A stretch of 38,422 bases of DNA from Octopus sinensis (lineage: Eukaryota). The translations under genes were made by a program, and so were the position numbers. Below the pieces are notes generated by a model. It did not search any database and had not been told where the DNA came from. It worked only from the letters and a program-made list of their open reading frames with translations. The first letter of the stretch is position 1; each line of letters begins with the position of its first letter. The stretch spans positions 1-38,422 of the forward strand of contig NW_021831894.1 in assembly GCF_006345805.1 (NCBI RefSeq), given 5' to 3'. Positions 22,255 to 34,110 of the stretch are shown here, one piece after another.

Positions 22255-22872
22255 GAGAGAATAAAAGAGAGAAAGAGAGTAAGGGAAAGACTGAGAGAGA
22301 GAGAGAGAATAAAAGAAGAAAAGAGATAAGGGAAAGACTGAGAGAGAGAGAGAATAAAGAGAGAAAGAGAGTAAGGGAAAGACTGAGAGAGAGAGAATAA
22401 AAGAGAGAAAGAGAGTAAGGGAAAGACTGAGAGAGAGAGAGAGAATAAAAGAGAGAAAGAGAGTAAGGGAAAGACTGAGAGAGAGAGAGAGAATAAAAGA
22501 GAGAAAGAGAGTAAGGGAAAGACTGAAGAGAGAGAGAGAATAAAAGAGAGAAGAGAGTAAGGAAAGACTGAGAGAGAGAGAGAAAAAAGAGAGAAAGAGA
22601 GTAAGGGAAAGACTGAGAGAGAGAGAGAGAATAAAAGAGAGAAAGAGAGTAAGGGAAAGACTGAGAGAGATAGAGAGAATAAAAGAGAGAAAGAGAGTAA
22701 GGGAAAGACTGAGAGAGAGAGAGAGAATAAAAGAGAGAAAGAGAGTAAGGGAAAGACTGAGAGAGAGAGAGAGAATAAAAGAGAGAAAGAGAGTAAGGGA
22801 AAGATTGAGAGAGAGAGAGAGAATAAAAGAGAGAAAGAGAGTAAGGGAAAGACTGAGAGAGAGAGAGAGATA
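22237..22872. repeat. Purine-rich minisatellite of about 48 bp, 13 copies
   Basis: Unit (GA)n-ATAAAAGAGAGAAAGAGAGTAAGGGAAAGACT; the TAAGGGAAAGACT anchor occurs 13 times with minor variants, spaced 48 bp apart in the last copies. Confidence 0.92.
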
Positions 22873-23164
22873 AAGGGAGGCGGAGTTTAAAAACAAATTA
22901 AGAGGAATTGGGAGTTTGGCCAAAGAATTGGTAAAAAGATTTTGGGATTATATTTACAAGTATTTAAGTACGGAAATTCAAAGATTGTCGAATTTCTAAG
23001 ACAGAAATGGCGTTTATGTTGCTTAATAGTTATTAAAATAATCTTACTCATTTGCTGCAGTTATATACGTATATATAAAGAGATATAAAAAAAAACAAAA
23101 CAAAGACTGCTTACCACGAGGGTTTTAGCAATGTTTATAGCATGTGTGGATGCGTGTATGTAAA

Positions 23165-23182
23165 TCTATATCTATCTATCTG

Positions 23183-23236
<54 letters not shown>

Positions 23237-23245
23237 CATCTATCC

Positions 23246-23288
<43 letters not shown>

Positions 23289-23397
23289 CATCTATCCATC
23301 TATCCATCTATCTATCTATCTATCTATCTATTCATCTATCCATCTATCCATCTATCCATCTATCTATCTATCTATCTATCCATCTATCCATCTATCC

Positions 23398-23481
<84 letters not shown>

Positions 23482-23690
23482 CCATTCGTCTCTCTTTCTA
23501 TATATATATATCTCACTCTCACTCACTCATTCTATCACTCTCTCTCACTCTCTATCTCTCTATCTCTCTATATGTATGTATATCCATTCGTCTCTCTTTC
23601 TATGTATATATCTCACTCTCACACACTCACTCTATCACTCTCTCTCTCTCTCTCTCTCTATCTATCTTTCTGTGTGTCTGTCTATCTATA
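23165..23690. repeat. (TCTA/TCCA)n, (TA)n and (CT)n microsatellites
   Basis: Direct reading. Confidence 0.92.
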
Positions 23691-24137
23691 TACATATATG
23701 TGCATAGATACAAACTCTCACACGCATATATACATACATACCTACACACACACGCACACAAATACATAGATTATATACATACATATATACATACATACAC
23801 ATATGTATGTACACTCACACATATATATGGATCTAAAATTTTCATATGATAGCGAATATATACGTACTTAACACTTATTCACAAATATATGTATATATGT
23901 GTGTGTGTGTGTGTGTGTGTTTGCGTCGGTGTCTACATTATATTTACAACAAAACAAATATAATAATACCCACGTGCTTTCATACATACATACATACATA
24001 CATACATACATACATACATACATACATACATACATACATACATACATAAATACATTTCCTTCAGTTTTTTTTCTGCCCCGTTCCTTTCTCCCTTTCTCTG
24101 AGTATATGAATAGAAAAAAAATTATACGAATATATAT

Positions 24138-24168
<31 letters not shown>

Positions 24169-24355
24169 GGATAAATACTAGTTATTCCTACAGAGATTAG
24201 AACGAGAACCCGCACAACAGCGGCGTTTTGTTACTTTTAAGCGTGCGTGCCGATTATCATTAGAAATCAAGATTTGAGAGAATTTTACTACCACGTAGAT
24301 ATAGATTCTCCACCCACCTAATAGGTATTTCAAAACAATCTATCCATCCATCCAT

Positions 24356-24407
<52 letters not shown>

Positions 24408-24434
24408 TCTATATATATATAATATATATATATA

Positions 24435-24492
<58 letters not shown>

Positions 24493-24524
24493 GTTAAATA
24501 TTTGTTGTGGCAAGATTTTTTATC

Positions 24525-24561
24525 TGTGTGTGTATATATATATAAATATGCATATATATGC

Positions 24562-24592
<31 letters not shown>

Positions 24593-24762
24593 ATATATAT
24601 ATGTAAAGTCAGATTTACTGGACTAAATATAATACTCACCAAGACTATTTTATACACAACTATCCCCAAACATACACAACACACACGAATATACAAGTAT
24701 ATGTTTTTATTGGCTAAACTGGCAATATGACCATTCCGAAGTATAACAATATTATATATATA

Positions 24763-24815
<53 letters not shown>

Positions 24816-25071
24816 ATATATGTCTATATATATATATGTATATACATACATATACATATATATATATATGATTGTATGTATATATTATATATGTATAGTT
24901 ATATAATTATACATACATGGATGCTTCTATATATATTATATATACATATATACACACACATGCAAAAAATATATATGTAAATACGTAAAAAAGATACATA
25001 CATATATAAATGTAAATGTGTGTGAAGTAGTGTGTGTGTATATATATATAATATGCATATATATGCCTATA

Positions 25072-25102
<31 letters not shown>

Positions 25103-25210
25103 ATATATGTAAAGTCAGATTTACTGGACTAAATATAATACTCACCAAAGACTATTTTATACACAACTATCCCCAAACTTACACAAACACACACGAATAT
25201 ACAAGTATAT
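24525..25210 (+). repeat. Direct duplication of a unique core of about 100 bp (24601-24701 and 25107-25210) within (TA)n
   Basis: atgtaaagtcagatttactggactaaatataatactcaccaa...cacacacgaatatacaagtata occurs twice. Confidence 0.9.
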
Positions 25211-25312
25211 AGCTTTATGTATATGTCTATATGAGTGTGTAGGATATTTTGTTATTTGCTGTCTTGGCTTAAGTTTTTGTTTTACCTACAATGTTTATCT
25301 ACGTGTATGCAG

Positions 25313-25346
<34 letters not shown>

Positions 25347-25464
25347 CAACAACAACAATTTTCTCAATACATGCTTTTATTCATATTTTCATTTCTTTAT
25401 TTGCCACTCTCTGTTCGTCCTCTGGACAAACTTACAGGAAAATTTCTAAATATAATAACTTAAT

Positions 25465-25670
25465 TCTATGGGCATAAGAGCTGAAATTTTGTGGGAAGTA
25501 CCCAGTCGATTACATCGGCTCCAGTGCTTAATTGGTATTTATTTTATCGACTCCGAAAAGTTGATAGGTAAAATCGACCTCGGCAGAATTAGAACTCAGA
25601 ACGTAAAACTGAAAGAAATTCAGCTAAGCATTTTGCCCAGAGCGCTAACGGTTCTGTCAGTTCGTGCCTT
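25465..25670 (-). mobile_element. Family A SINE
   Basis: ttttatcgactccgaaaag...aatcgacctcggcagaattagaactcagaacg. Confidence 0.8.
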
Positions 25671-25729
25671 ATTTACATCTACGCATGTACAAACATATAT
25701 TACACACGCTCAAACATATATTATGTATT

Positions 25730-25774
<45 letters not shown>

Positions 25775-25792
25775 GTATATATATATATATAA

Positions 25793-25936
25793 GCGCAGGA
25801 ATGGCTGTGTGGTAAATAGCTTGCTTACCAACCACATGGTTCCGGATTCACTAGTAGTGTCTTCTACTATAACCTCGGGCCGACCAAAGCATTGTGAGTG
25901 GATTTGGTAGACGGAAACTCAAAGAAGCCCGTTGTA
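25793..25936 (+). mobile_element. Family B SINE 5' part (internal deletion)
   Basis: gcgcaggaatggctgtgtggtaaatagcttgcttaccaaccacatggttccgg...gatttggtagacggaaactcaaagaagcccg. Confidence 0.88.
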
Positions 25937-26369
25937 GGCAATATCCTTATATTCTATCATGAATTAAAGATAAATTAAAATAAAATAATTCAATTACTTT
26001 TATCCCTGACCAGAATAGCATTTACTGCTTGACTATTCTCATAATATACATGTTGGCTGTCGTGAGGAAATTTAAAATTGACTTTTCTTGGATCTATACG
26101 TGCAAATAATTGTATGTAGACGTGAGAACCTGCTTTGGACGGTATGTACAATAATCTGGACTTATATTTCCCCGTGTATTGTGTTGACGAAGAAAGAAAG
26201 CTATTTTTCGCTTTAATCCAGAAATTGGAACCAATTCACAATTAACGTGGTGTCTCATTAGGCCGCTTTCAGCCATGTGTATATTTATCTGGAGATTTTG
26301 GTATTTTTAAGGTATCGGCACTTCAAGCACGGTGGAGATAGGTCGTTTTCGCCCTTGCTCCCTTAATAA

Positions 26370-26406
<37 letters not shown>

Positions 26407-26409
26407 AAT

Positions 26410-26670
26410 TCTTTTATTCTTTTATTTGTTTCAGCCATTTGACTGTGGCCATGCTGAAGCACCACCTTGAAGGATTTTAGTCGATTATTTTTTAAGCCTA
26501 GTACTTATTCGGTAACCCGTTTTTGCCGAAGAGCTAAGTTACGAGGAAGTAAACACAGCAACACCGGTTGTCAAATACTGATGGGGGTACAAACATATAC
26601 ACAGACATACACACATTCACACATACACATACACAGCTACAAGGCTTTGGTAGGCCCAAGTCTATAGTCG
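26410..26670 (-). mobile_element. Family B SINE 3' and middle part
   Basis: ttgtttcagccatttgactgtggccatgctgaagcacc...tacttattc...caaggctttggtaggccc. Confidence 0.8.
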
Positions 26671-26772
26671 CGAGATATGATGGTGAATTCTTGCCATAGC
26701 CGTTACAGAATATATCATTTCGAAATGGTGTTTTCGCTTATAGGGTTTTCAAGTGGTGGTGACGACACAATG

Positions 26773-26799
26773 ACACACGCACGCACGCACACACACACA

Positions 26800-26845
<46 letters not shown>

Positions 26846-26870
26846 TACACATATATACACACACACATAC

Positions 26871-26903
<33 letters not shown>

Positions 26904-26985
26904 TACACACACACCACACACACACACATACACACACACACACACACACACATACACACACACAAACACACACACACACACACAC
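26773..26985. repeat. (CA)n microsatellite
   Basis: Direct reading. Confidence 0.92.
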
Positions 26986-26999
26986 GTATCTATATTATA

Positions 27000-27152
27000 C
27001 GACGGACCTCTGCACAGTTACTATCTGCCATATTCACGCATAAGCCTTTGGTGAACACGGGGCTATGGTAGAAGACACTTGCCGAGGTACCACGCAGTAG
27101 GATTGAACCCGAAAGCACGTGGTTGCAAAGCGGGATTCTTAAACACATGGCT
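27000..27152 (-). mobile_element. Family B SINE 5' part
   Basis: gtagaagacacttgccgaggtaccacgcagtaggattgaacccgaa. Confidence 0.78.
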
Positions 27153-27159
27153 ATTGCTA

Positions 27160-27437
27160 CATGTACATGCTTGCATACATGCTTGCATACATGTACGTAC
27201 ATACGTAATTTGTACTATGTATGTATGTATTATGTATGCATGCATGTATTTGTTGCGTGGGTGTGTATGTATGTACGTATATATGTATGTATATACATAC
27301 GTACGTATGTCTGTATGTATGTTTACATGTACGTACGTATGTATGTGTGTATGTATGAATGTATGTATGTATGGACGTACGTACGTACGTATGTATGTAC
27401 ATACGTATATATGTATGTATGTGCGTACGTATGTATA

Positions 27438-27476
<39 letters not shown>

Positions 27477-27680
27477 CGAATGAATGTATGTATTATGCAC
27501 TACGTAGGTGTATATGTATGTACGTACGAACGTACGTATCTATGTATGCACGTATGTATGTATGTATATATGCATGTATGTATGTATGTATGTATGTATG
27601 TATGTATGTATGCTTGTATGTATGTATGTATGTATATATATATATATGCATGTATATATGTATGTATGCTTGTATGTATG
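27160..27680. repeat. Degenerate (TATG/TACG)n microsatellite
   Basis: Direct reading. Confidence 0.9.
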
Positions 27681-27727
27681 TTATTTATGGCCTTATAAAT
27701 ATATGTTGCTTCTTCTATACTAAAATA

Positions 27728-28232
27728 TGATGTCTGACCGAAAGTATCAGGCCTGTTGCTATAAGAACTCGTACCAATTCGGTATTAAATCTCTTTCAAA
27801 GTAGTTCCCGTTTGAAGCCACAACACTTTATCCTGCGTCGTTTCCATCGATGGCAGCTTCCTCGAACTTCCTTTTGGGGATAGTGAGCAGCTCCCTCGTT
27901 GCATTCTCTTGGATTTCATCAGCATCTTGAAGTCTTGCCCCTTTCAAGTGGGTTTCTTATCAAGCCTTAGTTATGATCGTTTTCAAAAAACTTTCGTCAT
28001 CCTCGACAGAATTAAGGAGTCACTGAAACCCTATCCTCTTTTTTTTTAAACGACCACACTCTACACACTTTACTTCCAAGCATTGCTATAAAGAACGGGA
28101 GTGAGAACGTTATAATTTATAAGTGCGCATGCGCGACAGAGCTCAAGTTCAATCTGTGCCAAGTGGCTTCACTCAACGTAATTTAGCTCCGTTACCATAG
28201 CAACATTCCCGATACTATTTGATCAGACCTCG
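27728..28232 (-). mobile_element. Non-autonomous mariner (Tc1/mariner) deletion derivative with TIRs
   Basis: Left TIR TA|tgatgtctgaccgaaagtatcaggcctgttgctat; right TIR atagcaacattcccgatactatttgatcagacctcg; minus strand encodes THLKGARLQDADEIQENATRELLTIPK, a mariner transposase C-terminus. Confidence 0.85.
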
Positions 28233-28369
28233 TTCACGTATGCAGCAAAAGCATCGTTCTTTGCAGTCCGTACATCTGACTCATTTGAGTTCGTGTCGCC
28301 ATTTCTTCAGTTACATAAATGAAGTGAATAGTTATCCAGGGTTATCCTTTATCTTCATTTTTATTTTAT

Positions 28370-28427
28370 TTTCCTCTTCCTTTCCTTCCTCACTCCTCTC
28401 TTCCATTCCTCGTTCTTTCCCTATCTT

Positions 28428-28459
<32 letters not shown>

Positions 28460-28538
28460 CCTTCCTGCCTTCTTCCTTCCTTCTTCCCTTTTTTCTTTCT
28501 TCTCTTTCTTTCATTCTTTCTTTCTGTCTTTCTTTCTG

Positions 28539-28574
<36 letters not shown>

Positions 28575-28880
28575 TCCTTCATTCTTTCTTTCATTCCTCT
28601 TTCTTTCTTTCTTTCTTTCTTTCCTTCCCTCTTTCATTCTTTCTTTCTGTCTTTCTTTCTTTCTGTCTTTTCTTCTTTCTTTCTCTTATTCTTTCTTTCC
28701 TTCATTCTTTCTTTCATTCCTCTTTCTTTCTTTCTTTCTTTCTTTCTGTCTTTCTTTCTTTCCTTCCGTCTTTCTTTCATTCTTTGTTTCTGTCTTTCCT
28801 TCTTTCTTTCTTTTCTTCTTTCTTTCTTTCTTTCTTTCTGTCTTTCTTTCTTTCGTTCTTTCTTTCTTTCTTTCTCTCTA
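28370..28880. repeat. (CTTT/CCTT)n polypyrimidine microsatellite
   Basis: Direct reading. Confidence 0.92.
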
Positions 28881-29278
28881 TGTATTTTGTCTGTTTCCTC
28901 TTGTAGGGACAGATATATCTCGCTATTTTATAAGTTAACACATCGCTCCGTTACGTAAAAAAAGAATGCTGGAAAGGTCGATCAGTCTCAGCATGTAATA
29001 TTTCATAAAACCAAACAAAAAAAACCCCAAAAAAACCGTACGATTGCACTGAATAGCATTGCACAGTACTTTGCACTTCTTAACTTGGAGATTTCTCAAC
29101 AGTTTTTCTCACGCACTGACAAATCACAACTTGATCCTTTGACATGGCGTGGTCTGCAAGAATCGCCTTATTAAAACACATTCAAAATGGACATGTTCCA
29201 AGAGAAGCGAATTAACGTCTGTGAGGCTGGAATAGCCACTATCATCCTTATTAGCATTATCATTATTATTATCGAACC

Positions 29279-29306
29279 ATTATTATTATTATTATTATCA
29301 TTATTA

Positions 29307-29373
<67 letters not shown>
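29279..29373. repeat. (ATT)n microsatellite
   Basis: Direct reading. Confidence 0.92.
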
Positions 29374-29374
<1 letters not shown>

Positions 29375-29939
29375 TTTTAAAAATTGTGTTTCTATCATCT
29401 GCTTGTCTAAATTAGTCAGCTCCTGTACCAGAATAAAGACAAAACTTCCAAATACTTGCTTAATCTAATGGTTGCTGACTAAATGATGTATTTGTAGGAA
29501 ATAAAAAGAGAGAAAAATATATAAATAACCAAGAAAATGGAATATTGTGCGTGTGTGTGTGTGTGTATTTGGATACACGTACACAGCATACGCATGTGTA
29601 TATAATAAGTTATATTTATCAAATTTAATCGGCAGAACGATGCAAAATTAATTAACTGAAGGGCTGAGTTTCGTGCATGGCATTTAGCAAGTCAGTTGGA
29701 TAAGTGGTGCAACAAATTTCTCGGTCCTTGCCCTCATGTACTGATTTCTAGTAATCTTGTCTGTCTGCTCAAGCCTATACACACGCACGCACGCGCACAC
29801 ACATATATATGTGTGTGAGTGCATGTATGTATGTATACACATACACACAGAGACGCACACATATACATGTATACATGTCACGAGTTGATTCCACCAGGTA
29901 TGCATGCAAAGGTAAAGAAAAATTATCCTCACGATTCAT

Positions 29940-30157
29940 ACTGGCTCACAAGGTCCGGTTTCCCGATTTCATGGCGTGTATATTCCCCACCTGGATGGGA
30001 CGCCAATCCGTCGCAGGATTACTCATTTTGCTGGCTGAGTGAACTGAGCAACGTAAAATGAAGTGTTTTGCTCAAGAACACAACGCATCGCCCGGTTCAG
30101 GAATCAAAACCAGAACCATACGATCATGAGTCAGTACCCTAACCACTAGACCACGTG
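29940..30157 (-). mobile_element. Family C-headed SINE with a different 3' body
   Basis: aaatgaagtgttttgctcaagaacacaacgc...ggaatcaaaacc...cctaaccactagaccacg; body ccccacctggatgggacgcc. Confidence 0.8.
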
Positions 30158-31074
30158 TATGCATGTATGTATGTACGCATATATGCATGCATTAAGCGTA
30201 TGAGAGTCAACTAAATGTGAGGTTTCGGCTCACAACGTCCGAGAAATCCTGGATGACTTCAATGCGATGTTCCACAATACACGTTCACTAACTGTAACGG
30301 CGATTATTTTACAGCACTACATACGGAACATGATTTAATTGTTACAAAAATACAGTTGCAGAAAATAATGGCCGAGGCAGAATCTTTTGGACACACACCC
30401 AACATAGATTGTGGCTGAGGAAGAGATACCTGATGTTCTTACGGATTTCAGTATCACTCAATGCGTTCAACACATAAAAACTGATAATCTAAGGCAAGAA
30501 AAACATCCTTGGTAAGATGGCAGTCTCCACGATGTTCTTATGAATTTTGATCATGGAGATCTCCGACCTTTTTCTCATATAACAGTAAGTTTGGTATGGT
30601 TTATTCTATAATATTATCCGAATGCCAAAATCTGAGAATCTTTGAAAGCTCGACAACTACTATGGCATTGTTCGCAATGTATAATTTCAATAATAGACAA
30701 CAGTGTGACATTAACTCGGATGCTGAGCATCAGCTCTCCAACACATACACTTGAGAGAGAATCAAAGTAATATTCTACAATTAAGAATCATGGAAACTCA
30801 GATCTTGACCATAAAGTGGGTCATTGTGGAATTATAGAGGAGCTGAAAAAGGACAAACTGATAGCGACACTCTGATTCACTAATTTCAAAAAGACATTTG
30901 ATGGTGAAAATATCAAGTGAGATTCAATGTCGAATAACACTGAATAACCGGCGTTCTATATATATATGTATGTCATTATTCAGTTTATTTCAAGATTTCT
31001 TGCCAATACAGAAAGAACCGGTTTCTAACCTAGATCCAAGGTTCCTTCATTGGAATTTCAACATCAACAACAGG

Positions 31075-31236
31075 GTATGTATGTATGTATGTATGTATGT
31101 ATGTATGTATGTATGTATGTATGTATGTATGTATGTATGTATGAATGTATGTATGTATGTATGTATGTATGTATGTATGTATGTATGTATGAATGTATGT
31201 ATGTATGTATGTATGTATGTATGTATGTATGTATGT
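31075..31236. repeat. (TATG)n microsatellite
   Basis: Direct reading. Confidence 0.95.
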
Positions 31237-32394
31237 GCAGATTTGTATGCCTTATGTATGTGTTCTCGTGCATATAGTTACATATCTAGACATGCTCATA
31301 TATATTTAAATGATGTAGGTTCCAATGGTATTCATTGCAGTTGAGTATCATATATTCTAGGTTAAAATTTGATAAGATTAGCCAATCATTTTATAACATA
31401 CACACTCACACACACACACGCTCTCTCTCTCTCACTCTCTCTCTCTCCATCTCTTTCACACACACACGCGCGCACTCAGACACATGTAGACATACGCACA
31501 CGAATATATTACTTTGGTCAATAGCCGTTAAACCTCGAAGTCACCGTTACCACTTACCCTTGTGAACATAAGCACCAAACTTTACCCCTATGTATTGAAA
31601 GCTTCTTCGGCCAAACTTTGTCTCTATGTACATTTACACATCACACACGACACTTTATGTGTATGCTTGTGTGCATGTGAGTGTATGTGTGCATACGTGT
31701 TTATTTGTTAATACATTTAATTCCTTTAATTTTGGATCTTGGTAAATAACTACTGAATTGGAAATAGTTGATAGAGTTGAATATTTAGCTTTAAATAGAC
31801 CATATATAACACTTAGGGATTACGTCAGACTTTTATTTGTAATCCAGCTTACAAATGGAAAAAAAATTTAAAATATAAGCCGGGTAAAGTTAATAAACGG
31901 ACATTAAACGCAGTAATCCTTGAAATTAATCAAACACCCGATTTACCTTTATGAAGTAACAGTATTTCCGTTATTTATTGGCTTGGAAGCATTTGCAATA
32001 AGCATCTTCATCGATTCACCCAATTTAGTATAATCGAATTTTACCCTTCAATAACTAAATCTTTGCTTTAAAATGCACCAGTTTTCACCAGGAATTCATA
32101 TCAATCAATGATTTCGTTATTAAAATAATTATGCGTGCAATAAGATCATTGATTTCTTTCAATAATATTCTATGGCTAATGAAAGATAATTCTAATTCTG
32201 GACTCTACTAGAATTTGCTAGCTTATTGATATTCACAATTCAATTTTATCACTTGAATTTATATTGCGATTTATTGCGAATGAAAATGCTTATTACACTT
32301 AATATGCATGCTTAATAGTTAAAAAAATCTTATTGAGTTATTTGAAAGTTTACATCTGAAGATTACTGTTGATAATAATATATTACTAGCGGAA

Positions 32395-32782
32395 GGCAGC
32401 GAGCTGGCAGAAACGTTAGCACGCCGGGCGAAATGCTCAGCGGTATTTCGTCTGTCTTTACGTTCTGAGTTCAAATTCGGCCGAGGTCGACTTTGCCTTT
32501 CATCCTTTCGAGGTCGATTAAATAAGTACCAGTTACGCACTGGGGTCGATATAATCGACTTAATCCGTTTGTCTGTCCTTGTTTAGCCCCTTGTGAGTAG
32601 TAAAGAAATAAGTATTTCGTTTTGAGTACAAACTCCGCTGATGTCGACCTCGCCTTTCATCCCTCCGGGGTCGATTAAGTAAGTACCACTTACGCATTGG
32701 GGTCGATGTAATCTGCTTAATTCTTTTGTCTGTCCTTGTTTGTCCTCTCTCTATGTTTAGACCCCTGTGAGCAATAGATAAA
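32395..32782 (+). mobile_element. Family A SINE dimer (one head, two bodies)
   Basis: ggcagcgagctggcagaaacgttagc...gtagtaaagaaata|agtatttcgt, then a second body ending gcaatagataaa. Confidence 0.9.
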
Positions 32783-32806
32783 TAAATATATATATTCCTG
32801 GCGGAA

Positions 32807-32905
32807 GGCGGCGAGCTGGCAGAAATGTTAGCACGCCGGGCAAAATGCTTAGCTGTATTTCGTCTGTCTTTACGTTCTGAGTACAAATTCTGCTGAGGTC
32901 AACTT
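32807..32905 (+). mobile_element. Family A SINE head, 3'-truncated
   Basis: ggcggcgagctggcagaaatgttagcacgccgggcaaaatgc...gaggtcaactt. Confidence 0.88.
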
Positions 32906-33339
32906 CATATATATATATATATATATATATATTGATTTCTAACATAGGTACAAGGCCACGAATAACTTGAGGAGAGGCAGGAAACAATACAGTATATCGA
33001 ATCCAGTACTAGACTGGTACCGTATATCATCTCTCTCAGAAAGATAAAGACGGCTTCTAAGAAGAATGTAAACGAGGCCAACGGCGGCGTTTCTCTGGTT
33101 TTTGCGCGATCTGGTAAAAATAGCAACGAAACTCTTCTAAATCAAACACATTGTTTTTTTCTCTCCTGGCGTTTAAAACGCTTTTATTGCAGGATCCGCA
33201 CTTTACATTTGTGTTTATGCGACCAATATTTTGCTGCAATCGACTGGAATTCGAGCCCAAATATATGACGGTTAAAATATGGATGAATGTCAAAGGCGAG
33301 CTCTGAAGTATGAGAAAAATGTCCGTTACCGATGTATGG

Positions 33340-34110
33340 GAGGCAGAGTCGATCCGGAAGTATAAGGAGTAGAGTCGACACCAGAAATAAGAATCAAAGT
33401 CGACGAGAGAATATGAAAGATAAAATCTGCTCCTCGATATTTACTCTTTTACTTATTTCAGTGATTTGACTGCGGCCATGCTGGGGCACCGCTTTTAATC
33501 GAGCAAATCGACCCCAGGACTTATTCTTTGCAAGCCTTGTACTTATTCTATCGGTCTGTTTTGCCGAACCGCTAAGTTACGGGAACGTCAACACACCAGT
33601 ATCGGTTGTCAAGCGATGTTGGGGGGACAAACACAGACACACAAATACACACACACACATATATACGACGGGCTTCTTTCAGTTTCCGTCTACCAAATCC
33701 ACTCACAAGGCTTTGGTCAGCCCGAGGCTATAGTAGAAGACACTTGCCCCAGGTGCCACGCAGTGGAACTGAAGCCAGAACCATGTGGTTAGCAAGCAAG
33801 CTACTTACCACATAGCCACTTCTGCGCCTCTATAATAAGGAAAATAAATTGGCTCCCGAAAATAATCAAGGACAAAATCTTCATGAATGAAAAATGTGAG
33901 GGTTTCGAGAAGCAAAATCGACCCGGAAGCTTGAAAAGTAGATTTGATTCTGAAATAATGAGAGTCAAAGTCGACCTGGAAATATAAGAGACAAAATATA
34001 CCCCTAGAAATAATGAGAGAGAAAAAAACCCCTCGAAAGCCGGAAATAATCGAGGGCAAAGTCGTCACAGAAATATAAAGGAACCGACCTTGGAAGAATA
34101 AAACGTGAAT
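33340..34110. repeat. Old degenerate tandem array of about 25-27 bp, interrupted by a family B SINE
   Basis: Recurring aaagtcgac(c)..gaaata(a)tga..g units at 33345-33430 and 33840-34100. Confidence 0.55.
33440..33828 (-). mobile_element. Full-length family B tRNA-derived SINE
   Basis: Reverse complement: ggcgcagaagtggctatgtggtaag (A box)...ggcttcagttcc (degenerate B box)...ctggggcaagtgtcttctactatag...(TG)n...cagcatggccgcagtcaaatcactgaaataagtaaaagagtaaa. Confidence 0.92.

Noticed and set aside
21877-22923. 348-aa Leu/Ser/Phe-rich membrane-like ORF
   Set aside because: It is the translation of the pyrimidine strand of the 48-bp minisatellite
23142-23849. IYLS-repeat ORFs and similar YI, HT and MYVC ORFs across the window
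   Set aside because: Artefacts of TCTA, TA, CA and TATG microsatellites
26000-26370. Possible further Penelope-like fragment
   Set aside because: No intact hammerhead core or coding motif could be read
28219-28938. 239-aa Phe/Leu/Ser ORF
   Set aside because: Translation of a (CTTT)n microsatellite
29040-29080. miR-92-family microRNA (AUUGCAC seed)
   Set aside because: Only the seed matches; there is no mature-sequence similarity or precursor hairpin
30195-30960. Possible decayed DNA transposon
   Set aside because: I could not read convincing TIRs or transposase motifs, so it is left unannotated
32395-32490. tRNA gene
   Set aside because: A and B boxes are present, but an extra hairpin replaces the anticodon arm and the sequence runs into a multi-copy SINE body
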